From positions 1-30,923 of the forward strand of contig CAYLZE010000059.1 in assembly GCA_964388035.1 (NCBI GenBank): 30,923 bases of DNA. Reading direction: 5' to 3'. This document shows positions 1 through 9,264 of the stretch, piece by piece (within the stretch, counting starts at the first letter, position 1; the number at the start of each line of letters is the position of its first letter). The notes beneath the pieces were generated by a model. It was not told the origin of the DNA and did no database searches. It worked only from the letters and a program-made list of their open reading frames with translations. This DNA is from an uncultured archaeon. GTDB taxonomy: Archaea; Asgardarchaeota; Lokiarchaeia; Sigyniarchaeales; SOKP01. The position numbers and the translations under genes are program-made.

Positions 1-1
1 T

Positions 2-253
2 CTTTTCATGGATGAATTATTAATATCGCTTGTATTTAATACTACGGGGTTTGTTGCGGGATATGATACATATGAGGAATTAGCTGTGGTAGTTAGTAAT
101 ATAGATCAAATAATCTGGGGAATCCGACTTCTTGTAGGGGTGATCCCGATGTTAGTTTTATTAATGGGAACACTAATTTTTTGGAAGCTCTATCCATTAA
201 CACAAGAAAAAGTTTTGGAAAACAAGGCTAAGCTCAAGGAATTAGGATTTTGA
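2..253 (+). CDS. MFS transporter, GPH/MelB (sugar:cation symporter) family, C-terminal fragment running off the left edge
   Basis: Frame is open from position 2. 'TGFVAG...IWGIRLLVGVIPMLVLL...WKLYPLTQEKV' is the typical last TM helix and YPL tail of GPH-family permeases. Confidence 0.75.
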   Translation, partial: LFMDELLISLVFNTTGFVAGYDTYEELAVVVSNIDQIIWGIRLLVGVIPMLVLLMGTLIFWKLYPLTQEKVLENKAKLKELGF

Positions 254-548
254 TTAAATTAATATTTTATTTTTTTTCCTTTCTCTTTTTCATTTCTTAA
301 AGATTTCAAGGGGTATTTAGTCAATTAAAAGAAAGACCGTCTATTTGTCTTAATCCAAGAGATTGCATCACAAGAGAATGCTATAGAAGAATATTATTAA
401 ATTGATCATTTGACATATCTACCTTAAATACTCAAGATTTATATTAATAATGTGCTCTAAGCTGTTGGCATGTTAAATTTTTCCAATATGCTTAAGATAT
501 CCTTATATATTTCAAAGTAAAATATTAATTAATAAAATTACATGAAAA

Positions 549-2618
549 ATGGATATCATGAAAGAGTATCTAAAGAGAATTTTTATATTTATAGTAATCC
601 TATCCATTCCTCTCGTAATATTTTTAGAATTGAATAACATTATATCCATCTCTGTAAATGAAGAAGATGCTAATCCCGATATAAATTATATGGGAGTTGC
701 GCCAACGAGCGGATATCTTCAAAGAAAGAAGACATATTTGAATAATTTTCGTACGAGTGAGTCTTTTTATGCACAAGCTGCAAGGCTTTATTTAGGAGTA
801 CCCGTTTACGAAGAAAGCTTTAATGAAGCTCTCACACACGTGAATAGCTACAAGGATACAGCTGATTTTAGAGTTAATTTTCTATTACGTTTAATGTATT
901 TAGATCGAACGAGGCACGTGTTATCTGAAAATTTAAAAACTCAAATAAAAGATACATTGATTAATTTTAAATATTGGTTTACGGAGCCGAATGAAGATAA
1001 GATGATTTTCTGGACTGAAAATCACATGATTCTTTTTCACACTTGCGAGCTACTTGTTGGACAGCTTTATCCCGATGAGATCTTTCCTAATTCTGGTATG
1101 ACTGGAACCGAACATGTAAATCACGCTCTACCTTTAATTATAAGATGGTTAGCATGGAGAGCCCAGCTTGGTTTTGCAGAATGGCATTCTAATATTTATT
1201 ATACTAGAATTATTGCAGCTTTGGTGAACTTGGTAGATTTTGCCCAAGATTCTACCGTGGCAACGATGGCAGCCATGTTATTAGATCTTGTGGCGTTTGA
1301 TTTTGCTTGCAATTATTTCAAAGGAGTGTATGGTACTACTCATGGACGTACAGAAGATAATAAGAAAGTAGGAGAAAGTTTAGAGAGTCCTCCTCTTCCC
1401 GATTCGACCACCCAATCGGCTTGGATCATGCTGGGAATCGGAGAATTTTTCCCCGAAGACACGCAAGATAAGACGATAATTGGTTCCATCGCATTAGCCA
1501 CCAGTACTAAGTATGCACCTCCCGCCATCTTAGAAAGAATAGCAGCACGTGCCAGTTCTAATATTGAGCATAAAGATCGAAACAGTATAGATCTAATTGA
1601 TGGTCCGAACTATGAATTTGGATATAGGACTGAGAATGACTTGATGTTTTGGTGGCCGATGTCTGCTCCTGCAGCGGGAGATGTAATAGATGCTTCCTTG
1701 GAATTAATAGAGAAATATGATTTAAAAACTAAGTTGGTGTATCAAAATGATTTATTCGTCACGGTTTTACAAACAGGTGCGAAGCTCCACGATATATCTC
1801 TAAGCGAGTATTGCAAATTATTAGGAGCAATTACCGAGGGGATTTGCCTGCAAAGTGTTAGTACATATACATATCGCACGCCTTATTATCAGCTTTCTGG
1901 AGCTCAAGATTATCAGAAAGGAACGGATGGATTGCAGGAACATATCTGGCAAGCCAGTTTGGGTGATAATGCCTTTGTTTACACCAACATGCCCGGGGGA
2001 GTTAGTACCCAAGAATTCACGGGCGGGTGGAAACCACGTGCAACATTTTACAAGAATGTAGGTATTATTCAATATGATCGCGAGGTATTGCCTTTAGAAG
2101 GAGAGCTTATTACCTTACTATTAGGATTTACACCTTATAACCACGCATATTTTCCCCAATGGGCGTTTGATGAAGTGGTTTCTCAAGGGAAATGGACGTT
2201 CGGGGCAAAAGGGGGTGCGTATATTGCACTATACTCCTATGGACCCACCTGGTGGGAAACAAATCACGAATTGCGTGCTTCAGGCAAGAAAAATCTATGG
2301 ATAGTAGAATTAGGGAGTAGCGAGGAGCATGATTCATTCGAGCAATTCATTTCTGTAATCTCCCAATCGAATACCGAAATTACGGATTTACCTTTAGGGT
2401 ATGGCGTGAGTTATATTTCTCCATCGCAAGGGGAGATAACTGTTGCTTGGAATAGTTCAATGCTGGTGAAAGGGAAGCCGGTCGATCTGGGTCCATATGA
2501 TCGCTTTGATAATGAATACTGCCATCAAGAATTTGGATCTAAAAAAACCATCATTAAGTATAACGGGCAAAGTCTGGTGCTAGACTTCGATAATATTGAC
2601 AGAAAGTACATTATATAA
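549..2618 (+). CDS. Membrane-anchored uncharacterised protein, possibly heparinase II/III / polysaccharide lyase-like
   Basis: 689-aa ORF with an N-terminal hydrophobic anchor (IFIFIVILSIPLVIFL). Motifs FWTENH and GFAEWHSNIYY resemble the NH / E..S..Y motifs of alpha/alpha-toroid lyase-like proteins, followed by a beta-rich C-terminus. It lies next to a sugar MFS gene. Function is inference. Confidence 0.55.
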   Translation: MDIMKEYLKRIFIFIVILSIPLVIFLELNNIISISVNEEDANPDINYMGVAPTSGYLQRKKTYLNNFRTSESFYAQAARLYLGVPVYEESFNEALTHVNSYKDTADFRVNFLLRLMYLDRTRHVLSENLKTQIKDTLINFKYWFTEPNEDKMIFWTENHMILFHTCELLVGQLYPDEIFPNSGMTGTEHVNHALPLIIRWLAWRAQLGFAEWHSNIYYTRIIAALVNLVDFAQDSTVATMAAMLLDLVAFDFACNYFKGVYGTTHGRTEDNKKVGESLESPPLPDSTTQSAWIMLGIGEFFPEDTQDKTIIGSIALATSTKYAPPAILERIAARASSNIEHKDRNSIDLIDGPNYEFGYRTENDLMFWWPMSAPAAGDVIDASLELIEKYDLKTKLVYQNDLFVTVLQTGAKLHDISLSEYCKLLGAITEGICLQSVSTYTYRTPYYQLSGAQDYQKGTDGLQEHIWQASLGDNAFVYTNMPGGVSTQEFTGGWKPRATFYKNVGIIQYDREVLPLEGELITLLLGFTPYNHAYFPQWAFDEVVSQGKWTFGAKGGAYIALYSYGPTWWETNHELRASGKKNLWIVELGSSEEHDSFEQFISVISQSNTEITDLPLGYGVSYISPSQGEITVAWNSSMLVKGKPVDLGPYDRFDNEYCHQEFGSKKTIIKYNGQSLVLDFDNIDRKYII

Positions 2619-2751
2619 AGTAGGCAAATCGATTGGGTGAATATAAAAAGCAAAAATGTGAAAAAATGGTTAAAAGAAGTTTAAAAGAACAATAATCATA
2701 TTTTTCCCCTAAAATAGAAGGGGGTACCCTATAAAAAGTATATTTTTTATC

Positions 2752-3387
2752 CTATTTTTTTACTTGGTTATGGGGGTGTTCAACCACGAAATAATCAACG
2801 ATGATTTTTAATAAGGTATCGATAATCTTGGGAAACTTATCCTTTCCGATATATGCAATTATCTCGTCATCGAGTCCAATTGTAAATATAGATTTAAGCA
2901 CTCCCGCGACTATTTCAGGATCTTCATCAATGATGTAGCCTTTTTTTTGCCACTCTTTTATAAACATGGGCAGATAATCATATGTATCAAGAGCTTGATT
3001 TAATTTATCATTTCCTTGTAATTTACGGATGAGGAGTGTTCGTGTTTTCTTATCGGAAACTTGATGAATGATCGGATGTTCTTTAGGCATTTTGATGTGA
3101 AAATTAATAAGTTCTCGAAACTTTGCTTTCGGATCCAGTTTAAAAGTCTTTAGTATAGTTCCCATTTCTTTAATAAGGACGGTTTCGGTTTGTTTCAACA
3201 CATCTAAAAACAGTTCTTCTTTAGAATTATAAAACGAATAAAAGCTGCCTTTTGCAATTCCCACAGCATCAGTTATCTCTTCGACATTAGTCTTTTGTAA
3301 TCCATAAATGCCGAACATTTCCGTTGCAGTTTTGATCAGTTGGTTTTTTATTATCTCTTTTTCTTCATCAGAAAATCCTTTAGGCAT
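2752..3387 (-). CDS. TetR/AcrR family transcriptional regulator (start moved to the ATG at 3387, MPKGFS...)
   Basis: HTH signature 'TATEMFGIYGLQKTNVEEITDAVGIAKGSFYSFYNSKEELF'. The longer ORF-track start at 3489 would run through the operator region. Confidence 0.92.
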   Translation of the reverse strand: MPKGFSDEEKEIIKNQLIKTATEMFGIYGLQKTNVEEITDAVGIAKGSFYSFYNSKEELFLDVLKQTETVLIKEMGTILKTFKLDPKAKFRELINFHIKMPKEHPIIHQVSDKKTRTLLIRKLQGNDKLNQALDTYDYLPMFIKEWQKKGYIIDEDPEIVAGVLKSIFTIGLDDEIIAYIGKDKFPKIIDTLLKIIVDYFVVEHPHNQVKK

Positions 3388-3428
3388 ATAGAAACCATAT
3401 TTTTCTTCCTTTAAAAATAATTGGATAT

Positions 3429-3453
3429 GTGACCGAAATCTTTTTATAGTCAT
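3429..3453. promoter_or_regulatory. Putative TetR operator, copy 1 (GTGACCG-N11-TAGTCAT)
   Basis: Imperfect inverted repeat with the same spacing and the same AATCT spacer core as copy 2, lying between the divergent tetR and SDR genes. Confidence 0.6.
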
Positions 3454-3472
3454 ATGAATTATGATATTATGT

Positions 3473-3497
3473 ATGACCAAGAATCTCATATGGTCAT
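3473..3497. promoter_or_regulatory. Putative TetR operator, copy 2 (ATGACCA-N11-TGGTCAT)
   Basis: Perfect 7-bp inverted repeat ending 18 nt upstream of the SDR start codon. Confidence 0.7.
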
Positions 3498-3515
3498 GGA
3501 GAGGTAAAAAATATC

Positions 3516-4790
3516 ATGTTTATAGAAAAATTAGGTCTTTCACGGGAAGAATTGAAGGATAAGGTTGCTCTCGTGACGGGAGCAGGAAGAGGAATTGGAA
3601 AAGAGCTGGCAAAAGCTCTTGCTTGGCTTGGAGCAGAAGTTATCATTGCTGAGATTAATGATACCGGAAAAGAGGTAGAAAGTGAGATCCTTTCAGAAGG
3701 ATTTTCTGCATTATTTATTCAAATAGACGTCTCAAACGAAAAAGATATTTCGCGCTTACAAAAACAAGTAATGAAAAAATATGGGAAAGTGGATATTTTA
3801 ATAAATAACGCGATTGTATATACCGTGGGGTCTCTTTCAGAGTTATCTATCGAAGAATGGGATCGTGCTTATAATGTTAATATTAGAGGTGCCATGCTCT
3901 TGACCAAAACATTTCTTTCAAGCATGATAGAGAGGAATTCAGGAGTGATTAATTTTGTGACTTCCGCGGAAGGCATGCCCTTCATGGCACCTTATTTTGC
4001 TTCAAAAACAGCATTAGCATCCATTGGGCATTCTCTGGCTGCAGAACTTGAGGATACAGGCATATCAGTATTTATTTTTGGTCCTGGAATGGTAGATACT
4101 CCTGGCTTGCAATATGCGACCAAAGAATTAGCGCCAAAACTAGGGATGATGGGAACAGAATTTCTAAACATGGGAGGAAATCCTGGTTATGATGGTCCCA
4201 TGCCAGCTGATCATTGTGCTGCGGGATGGGCATATACAATAGTTCATGCGAAAGATTATCACGGTCAAATTGCGGAACCCTTTGGAATTTTACTAGGTAA
4301 AGGATTGACCGGAAATAAAAAACAAAAAAAATCGATCTCGGAAAATAAGAAGGAGTTGATAACAATACTCGATAATTCTCTGAATACGATTCAAGGATTG
4401 GAAGCTGTTCTTGGAAAAATTGATAAAGAATTGGAAGATTTGGGATATTTTGTTAAAAAATGGATGAGCCGCACCTTGACAAAAAGATGTGGAATTGAAT
4501 TTAATCAATTTAAAATGATAATGTCAGAAATGCATGAAAACTTGATTAAATCAAAAGAACTAATAGCCAATCAAAAATTAGATTCCTTTGTTGAATTAGG
4601 GAAAAAATTTCCATGGTATAATGAACTTATTAAACGCTTAATGAGACATTTAGAAGAATGCAAGAAAGACGCGAAAGGATGGATGAAGAATCCCGAAGAA
4701 TTAATAGTTGCTTTAAATGAACTAGAAAGTAGAGAAAACGATGTAAACCAATTTTTAATCAATCTAAAACCTCTCATGGATTATGTATGA
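3516..4790 (+). CDS. Short-chain dehydrogenase/reductase with a ~150-aa helical C-terminal extension
   Basis: TGAGRGIG, DILINNA, catalytic YFASK and PGMVDT motifs. Confidence 0.9.
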   Translation: MFIEKLGLSREELKDKVALVTGAGRGIGKELAKALAWLGAEVIIAEINDTGKEVESEILSEGFSALFIQIDVSNEKDISRLQKQVMKKYGKVDILINNAIVYTVGSLSELSIEEWDRAYNVNIRGAMLLTKTFLSSMIERNSGVINFVTSAEGMPFMAPYFASKTALASIGHSLAAELEDTGISVFIFGPGMVDTPGLQYATKELAPKLGMMGTEFLNMGGNPGYDGPMPADHCAAGWAYTIVHAKDYHGQIAEPFGILLGKGLTGNKKQKKSISENKKELITILDNSLNTIQGLEAVLGKIDKELEDLGYFVKKWMSRTLTKRCGIEFNQFKMIMSEMHENLIKSKELIANQKLDSFVELGKKFPWYNELIKRLMRHLEECKKDAKGWMKNPEELIVALNELESRENDVNQFLINLKPLMDYV

Positions 4791-5035
4791 TTTTTGTTAT
4801 TAATGTTTCATTCTTTTTTTATAACTTTAACGTTCTAAATTGATATATTTTAATAAAATTAGAATTATCTTGGTGACCTTTTATTGTTATATTTCAAGAT
4901 TAATTAAAAAATCTACGCATTACTTAAGATTAAGGGTATTTTTTAGCAAAAGAATTTTAGTTTTAAAGTATTCCTTTATCATTGTAATGATTACAGATTA
5001 ATTTCTGAACGACTTGATTTATTCCAAACAACATC

Positions 5036-6466
5036 ATGACTTATGATATAGAGAATAAAATCTCCGTGCATATTGGACTTTTCGGTCACATTGATTCTGG
5101 TAAGACAGCAGTAGCGGAAGTGCTTTCAGAGATTATTTCCACTGCAGGTATTGATGCTCATCCCCAAAGCAAGGAACGTGGAATTACTATTGATTTGGGC
5201 TTTACTAGTTTCATTGTAGGGGATTATCTCATCACTTTAGTGGATGGACCGGGGCATGCAGACTTGATAAAGATCAGTGCATCTTCGGTTGAAATTATTG
5301 ATTGTGCCTTGATTGTTATAGACATTAATAAGGGACCACAAATCCAAACCGGAGAACATCTTATCATGATTGAAGCCCTGAAAATAAGAAAAGTTATCAT
5401 TATTTTAAATAAAGTTGATTTATTTAAGGGTAATCTTAAAGAGGAAGAAAAGCGTATCAGGAATTTTTTTAAATCCACCTCATTTGGTGAAAATATCCCA
5501 ATTTATCCCGTATCGGCCAAGAAAAAAATAGGTTTTGAACAATTAAAGGAGGGAATTTATGATGTTATTAAAACTTTGAAAATAAATAGGGATGTGGAGG
5601 GAGATTTGGTGATTCCCGTGGATCATTATTTCAACATCAAGGGAATGGGAACCATTTTAACCGGAACGATATTAAGGGGGGAATTGAGGATTAATCAATC
5701 TATAGTGATCCTGCCTTTAAATATAGCCACTCGAGTTAAAAACATCCAAATTTTTCATCAAAATGTGGACAAAGCAAAAGCCGGAGATCGAGTGGGAGTT
5801 AATTTAAAAAGTGTGGATGTAAAAAAACTTTATAGAGGGTGTTATCTCACCTCTAACCCGGATGCATTTGAATTTTGCTCCGTAATTGAAGTTTCTATTG
5901 CAAAAAATTCATTATTCAAGCCTGAAATTCGATTTGGCAGTCAAATTCACTTGACCATAGGAATGCTTACTGTCGCGGGAAATATATATCCTTATGAAAT
6001 AAAAGATGAAAAACGGATGAAAAAAGATATAATCACTGAAGTTCAAAATTTTTCCGCCATTCTCTGGTTGCACGACAATGTCTTAATTAACAAGCAGAAA
6101 AGCACTTTCTTAATTAGCAGGCTAGATCTCCCTCCTACCACTCTCCGAATCATGGGAGCCGCAGAATTAAAACAAATTTTTCAAGAACCACCTCTATTTT
6201 ATCGTTATAAAATTAAAAAAGGGAAAATACTCAATCCTGACCATCCCCAGGGGATAGTATGTAGTGGATTAGCAAAGAGCGTGGAGGGGGCAAAGAAAAT
6301 AATAGGGAAGAAATTAGAACCTCCATTCACGAAAATCTTAGATTCATTCGGCACAAAAGGGCAAGTAATTGTAGGTATAGGAGATGTGAGCAAGAAAGTC
6401 AATAAAGGAGATCTTGTCGAACTTAAGGAATTATTTTATTTTCAATTAAAAAAATTTAAATCTTGA
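5036..6466 (+). CDS. selB: Selenocysteine-specific translation elongation factor SelB/eEFSec (archaeal-eukaryal type)
   Basis: G1 GHIDSGKT, switch I STAGIDAHPQSKERGITIDLGF, G3 DGPGH, G4 NKVD. Domain II 'DHYFNIKGMGTILTGT', domain III 'RLDLPPTTLRI', and a short domain IV ending 'SFGTKG'. 476 aa, with no bacterial winged-helix tail. Confidence 0.88.
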   Translation: MTYDIENKISVHIGLFGHIDSGKTAVAEVLSEIISTAGIDAHPQSKERGITIDLGFTSFIVGDYLITLVDGPGHADLIKISASSVEIIDCALIVIDINKGPQIQTGEHLIMIEALKIRKVIIILNKVDLFKGNLKEEEKRIRNFFKSTSFGENIPIYPVSAKKKIGFEQLKEGIYDVIKTLKINRDVEGDLVIPVDHYFNIKGMGTILTGTILRGELRINQSIVILPLNIATRVKNIQIFHQNVDKAKAGDRVGVNLKSVDVKKLYRGCYLTSNPDAFEFCSVIEVSIAKNSLFKPEIRFGSQIHLTIGMLTVAGNIYPYEIKDEKRMKKDIITEVQNFSAILWLHDNVLINKQKSTFLISRLDLPPTTLRIMGAAELKQIFQEPPLFYRYKIKKGKILNPDHPQGIVCSGLAKSVEGAKKIIGKKLEPPFTKILDSFGTKGQVIVGIGDVSKKVNKGDLVELKELFYFQLKKFKS

Positions 6467-6505
6467 CGAATTATTATCATTATAATAACACTTTTTGTAC
6501 TAATC

Positions 6506-6913
6506 ATGGAAGCCGAATTAAATATCCCTCAGGATGTTCTGAACGATTTAATGCGTTCCTTAGAAATATTGGAAAGTAGCACGGACTTGGAAGGAACCGC
6601 AATTGTATCGAAAACGGGATTGAGGATCGCGAGTTCCGAGACAGCAGACGTCGTGGCAGATATCTATTCTGCCAGTCCCGCAACTTTGATTTCATTGGGC
6701 GAAAAGATTTCTGAAGGTGTAGGGCAAGGAGAGTTACGAGAATTAGTGATTAGAGGAACCCGAGGATATACGTTAATTCTAGTGGGAGATAAGGATACCG
6801 ATTTCATGTTGTTTACCAATTGTCAGAAAGATATTATGTTGGGCTACTATTTTCACAAAATGCGCAAGGCCTTCAAAATTATTGAAAAGGTATTAAAGCA
6901 ACTCCAAACATAA
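6506..6913 (+). CDS. Roadblock/LC7 (MglB-like) domain protein
   Basis: 'LEGTAIVSKTGLRIAS ... SASPATLISLGEKISEGVGQGELRELVIRGTRGYTLI' is a typical Roadblock pattern, 135 aa. Confidence 0.88.
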   Translation: MEAELNIPQDVLNDLMRSLEILESSTDLEGTAIVSKTGLRIASSETADVVADIYSASPATLISLGEKISEGVGQGELRELVIRGTRGYTLILVGDKDTDFMLFTNCQKDIMLGYYFHKMRKAFKIIEKVLKQLQT

Positions 6914-7250
6914 TAATGTAACATGGATTTAGGAAAACATATTGTATTAGTATCCACATATTACTTAATTTATAGAGTATAGAGTTAAATTTGATTAAAT
7001 AATCAATATTATTGAATAAAAAGAATGATAAACACAATTTCAATACTTAAAAAGAGCATGCAGTTTCGTGCAAAAAAGGTAAATTAGCTCTCCCGAGATT
7101 GATTGATTCTGATTTTTATATTTCACATAAAAAAGAATAGCTTGGTTCAATTAATAAATGCTTTGAACCAAAATAATTCGAAATAATATAAAAAGGTAAA
7201 AAAAAATAGGATTACTATTCATAAATAAGATTAACATATTATTTAGGAAT

Positions 7251-8135
7251 TTAAGCATTGTATTTCATTTTGGCTTCATTTATAATACCTTCGACTCTTG
7301 TTGCTAGGGCAGTATCTTGAGAAGTTTTAATTTTAACTTTTTCAAAGATTTTATTAGCTTTTTTAATATTTCCCATTGCTAAGAGAGCAATTCCCAAGTA
7401 TGCTTCTCTTAAAGATTTTGTAGTGAGATTTGCTTTAAAATCCTTTTTTAGTGCCTCTTTAAAAAGACTTGCAGTCGTCTTATAATCACCGATATTCATG
7501 AACAGCAATACCATCGAATCAAAATTAATTTCCCAATCCCAGATTGTCCCATAATTGAAACTATATCTTGCTGAGGAAAAATGATCATATCTATATTTTA
7601 TCATATCCAAATATAATTTTTTAGCTTTTTTCATTTCGCTCATCCTAAAATATGCATCACCTAATTCTTTTTTCAATCCAAATTCAACAGTGCTCCAAAC
7701 GTCAGCAGAAGAATAAATTTTATTTTTATCACATAACTCTTTAAAGCGTTCCCATCCCTCTTTATACCAATTTTTTACATCCTTTATAGTTCCCTCTTTA
7801 CTAAATTTAATCATAGCTTCTCGATAAGCATTAATTTCGGGAAGACATTGTATTAAAAATGCATTTTCTCGTTCCCTTTTTTGTTTCTGCCATTCTCTCT
7901 TTTGAGCAGCTTCCCTTCTAATTTCTTCCTTTATCTTTTCCATATCGATATGGGGTCTGGAAGGAACTTGAGATTGGAAGTTAGGTTGGTGGGATCTTAG
8001 AATTTGATCGGCTTGTTTTTCAAACATTTTATCGGATGCCATGGGTGAAGCAGAATAAGCTAATCCACCTAATCCTCCTTGGGACTTTTTATAATCTTTT
8101 TTAAGCTGTTCAATTATTTTTTTCTTATCGCTCAA
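7251..8135 (-). CDS. Hypothetical protein with C-terminal TPR-like repeats
   Basis: 294 aa with a TTG start preceded by GTGA. Helical repeats 'LGDAYFRMSEMKKAKKLY', 'MNIGDYKTTASLFKEAL', 'LGIALLAMGNIKKANKIFEK'. Confidence 0.65.
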   Translation of the reverse strand: MSDKKKIIEQLKKDYKKSQGGLGGLAYSASPMASDKMFEKQADQILRSHQPNFQSQVPSRPHIDMEKIKEEIRREAAQKREWQKQKRERENAFLIQCLPEINAYREAMIKFSKEGTIKDVKNWYKEGWERFKELCDKNKIYSSADVWSTVEFGLKKELGDAYFRMSEMKKAKKLYLDMIKYRYDHFSSARYSFNYGTIWDWEINFDSMVLLFMNIGDYKTTASLFKEALKKDFKANLTTKSLREAYLGIALLAMGNIKKANKIFEKVKIKTSQDTALATRVEGIINEAKMKYNA

Positions 8136-8624
8136 ATCAAATCACGTTCTTTTTTTTACATTGGTGTCAATATATTAGATTTCAAAAAAAAATAGGATAA
8201 CATTATATTTAAAATTATAGCCCCAAATTCAATAATTAATAACTCAAAGAGATAAATTGTAGCAAGAATCTATTAGAAAAGAATTAATCGCTCGTATAAC
8301 TATAAAATGATGAAAAAACGAATTTAACTTAGATTTTATGTATAAATTTTATACCGTTGGGATTCTGAGAGCAATAAGATTCCATATTTAAGGGCGTGTA
8401 TTTTTTAAAGGAAAGATCGATTATCTAAAGGAAATGATGGTTAATTAGGTGTGTAGAAAATTATATATTTTAAATATATCAACAAGCGATTTAATAATGC
8501 AATGAATTCTTCTTCTATTAATGAATAAATGGAAATTTAAATAAAAACTAAGAAATAGAAAAGTGTTTTATAGTACCACAAAAAATAAAAAAAAAGAATA
8601 GTGTTTCTTCTCTGCCAAGATTTC

Positions 8625-9206
8625 TCAAAGAATTAATATTAAACCTATATAGTCAAAAAAAATGGTAGCTAATACTCCTAATTCCAAGATCATCCATAAA
8701 TTTCTCTTGAAGGACCGAAAGGATTTTAGAGGTTTCCCTTCATAATTGATCATGTTATAAATCATTATCATAATCCAAGCAGTGAATAGAAGCACTACGG
8801 GTAAGAGTAGCGAGAGAATCGAATGATTTGTAAAATCTTTCAAATACTCATATCCTAATATGGAAAAACCGGATATTACTAATGTGAAGCCAAAACCAAA
8901 ACTATATTCCGCAAAACTTATCCATTTATTAATTCTTTGTTCCGAGGAATTTCCAGATTCGACTTCAAAATGAGCTTTTGAATTTGAGGAGACGGAGTTT
9001 ACAAAAAGAATGAATGATAATAATAAAAGAAAAGTAGCAGTTACAATGCCATTAGTGGGACGCGCTTGCCAAATAAGAGCTAAAATCGTAAGAACCGCCC
9101 CAATCATCGTTGAAGATAATACAATCCAATCCCTCACATTTACTTTTTTCGTAATCTCAATTTCTTCGGTCATCTTCTTAACAATATGGGTAATTATATT
9201 GATCAT
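8625..9206 (-). CDS. Hypothetical multi-pass membrane protein (about 5 TM; alternative start 9173)
   Basis: Five hydrophobic segments in a 193-aa ORF. Confidence 0.7.
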   Translation of the reverse strand: MINIITHIVKKMTEEIEITKKVNVRDWIVLSSTMIGAVLTILALIWQARPTNGIVTATFLLLLSFILFVNSVSSNSKAHFEVESGNSSEQRINKWISFAEYSFGFGFTLVISGFSILGYEYLKDFTNHSILSLLLPVVLLFTAWIMIMIYNMINYEGKPLKSFRSFKRNLWMILELGVLATIFFDYIGLILIL

Positions 9207-9264
9207 TAAACCTTTTCCATGTTATTTAAGTTTTTAGTTCTAGTACTACTTAATTTTAAATTTT

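Noticed and set aside
8136-8624. Long AT-rich gap (also 6914-7250) checked for CRISPR repeats, IS ends or pseudogenes
   Set aside because: No periodic repeats, terminal inverted repeats or recognisable coding remnants were found by eye.
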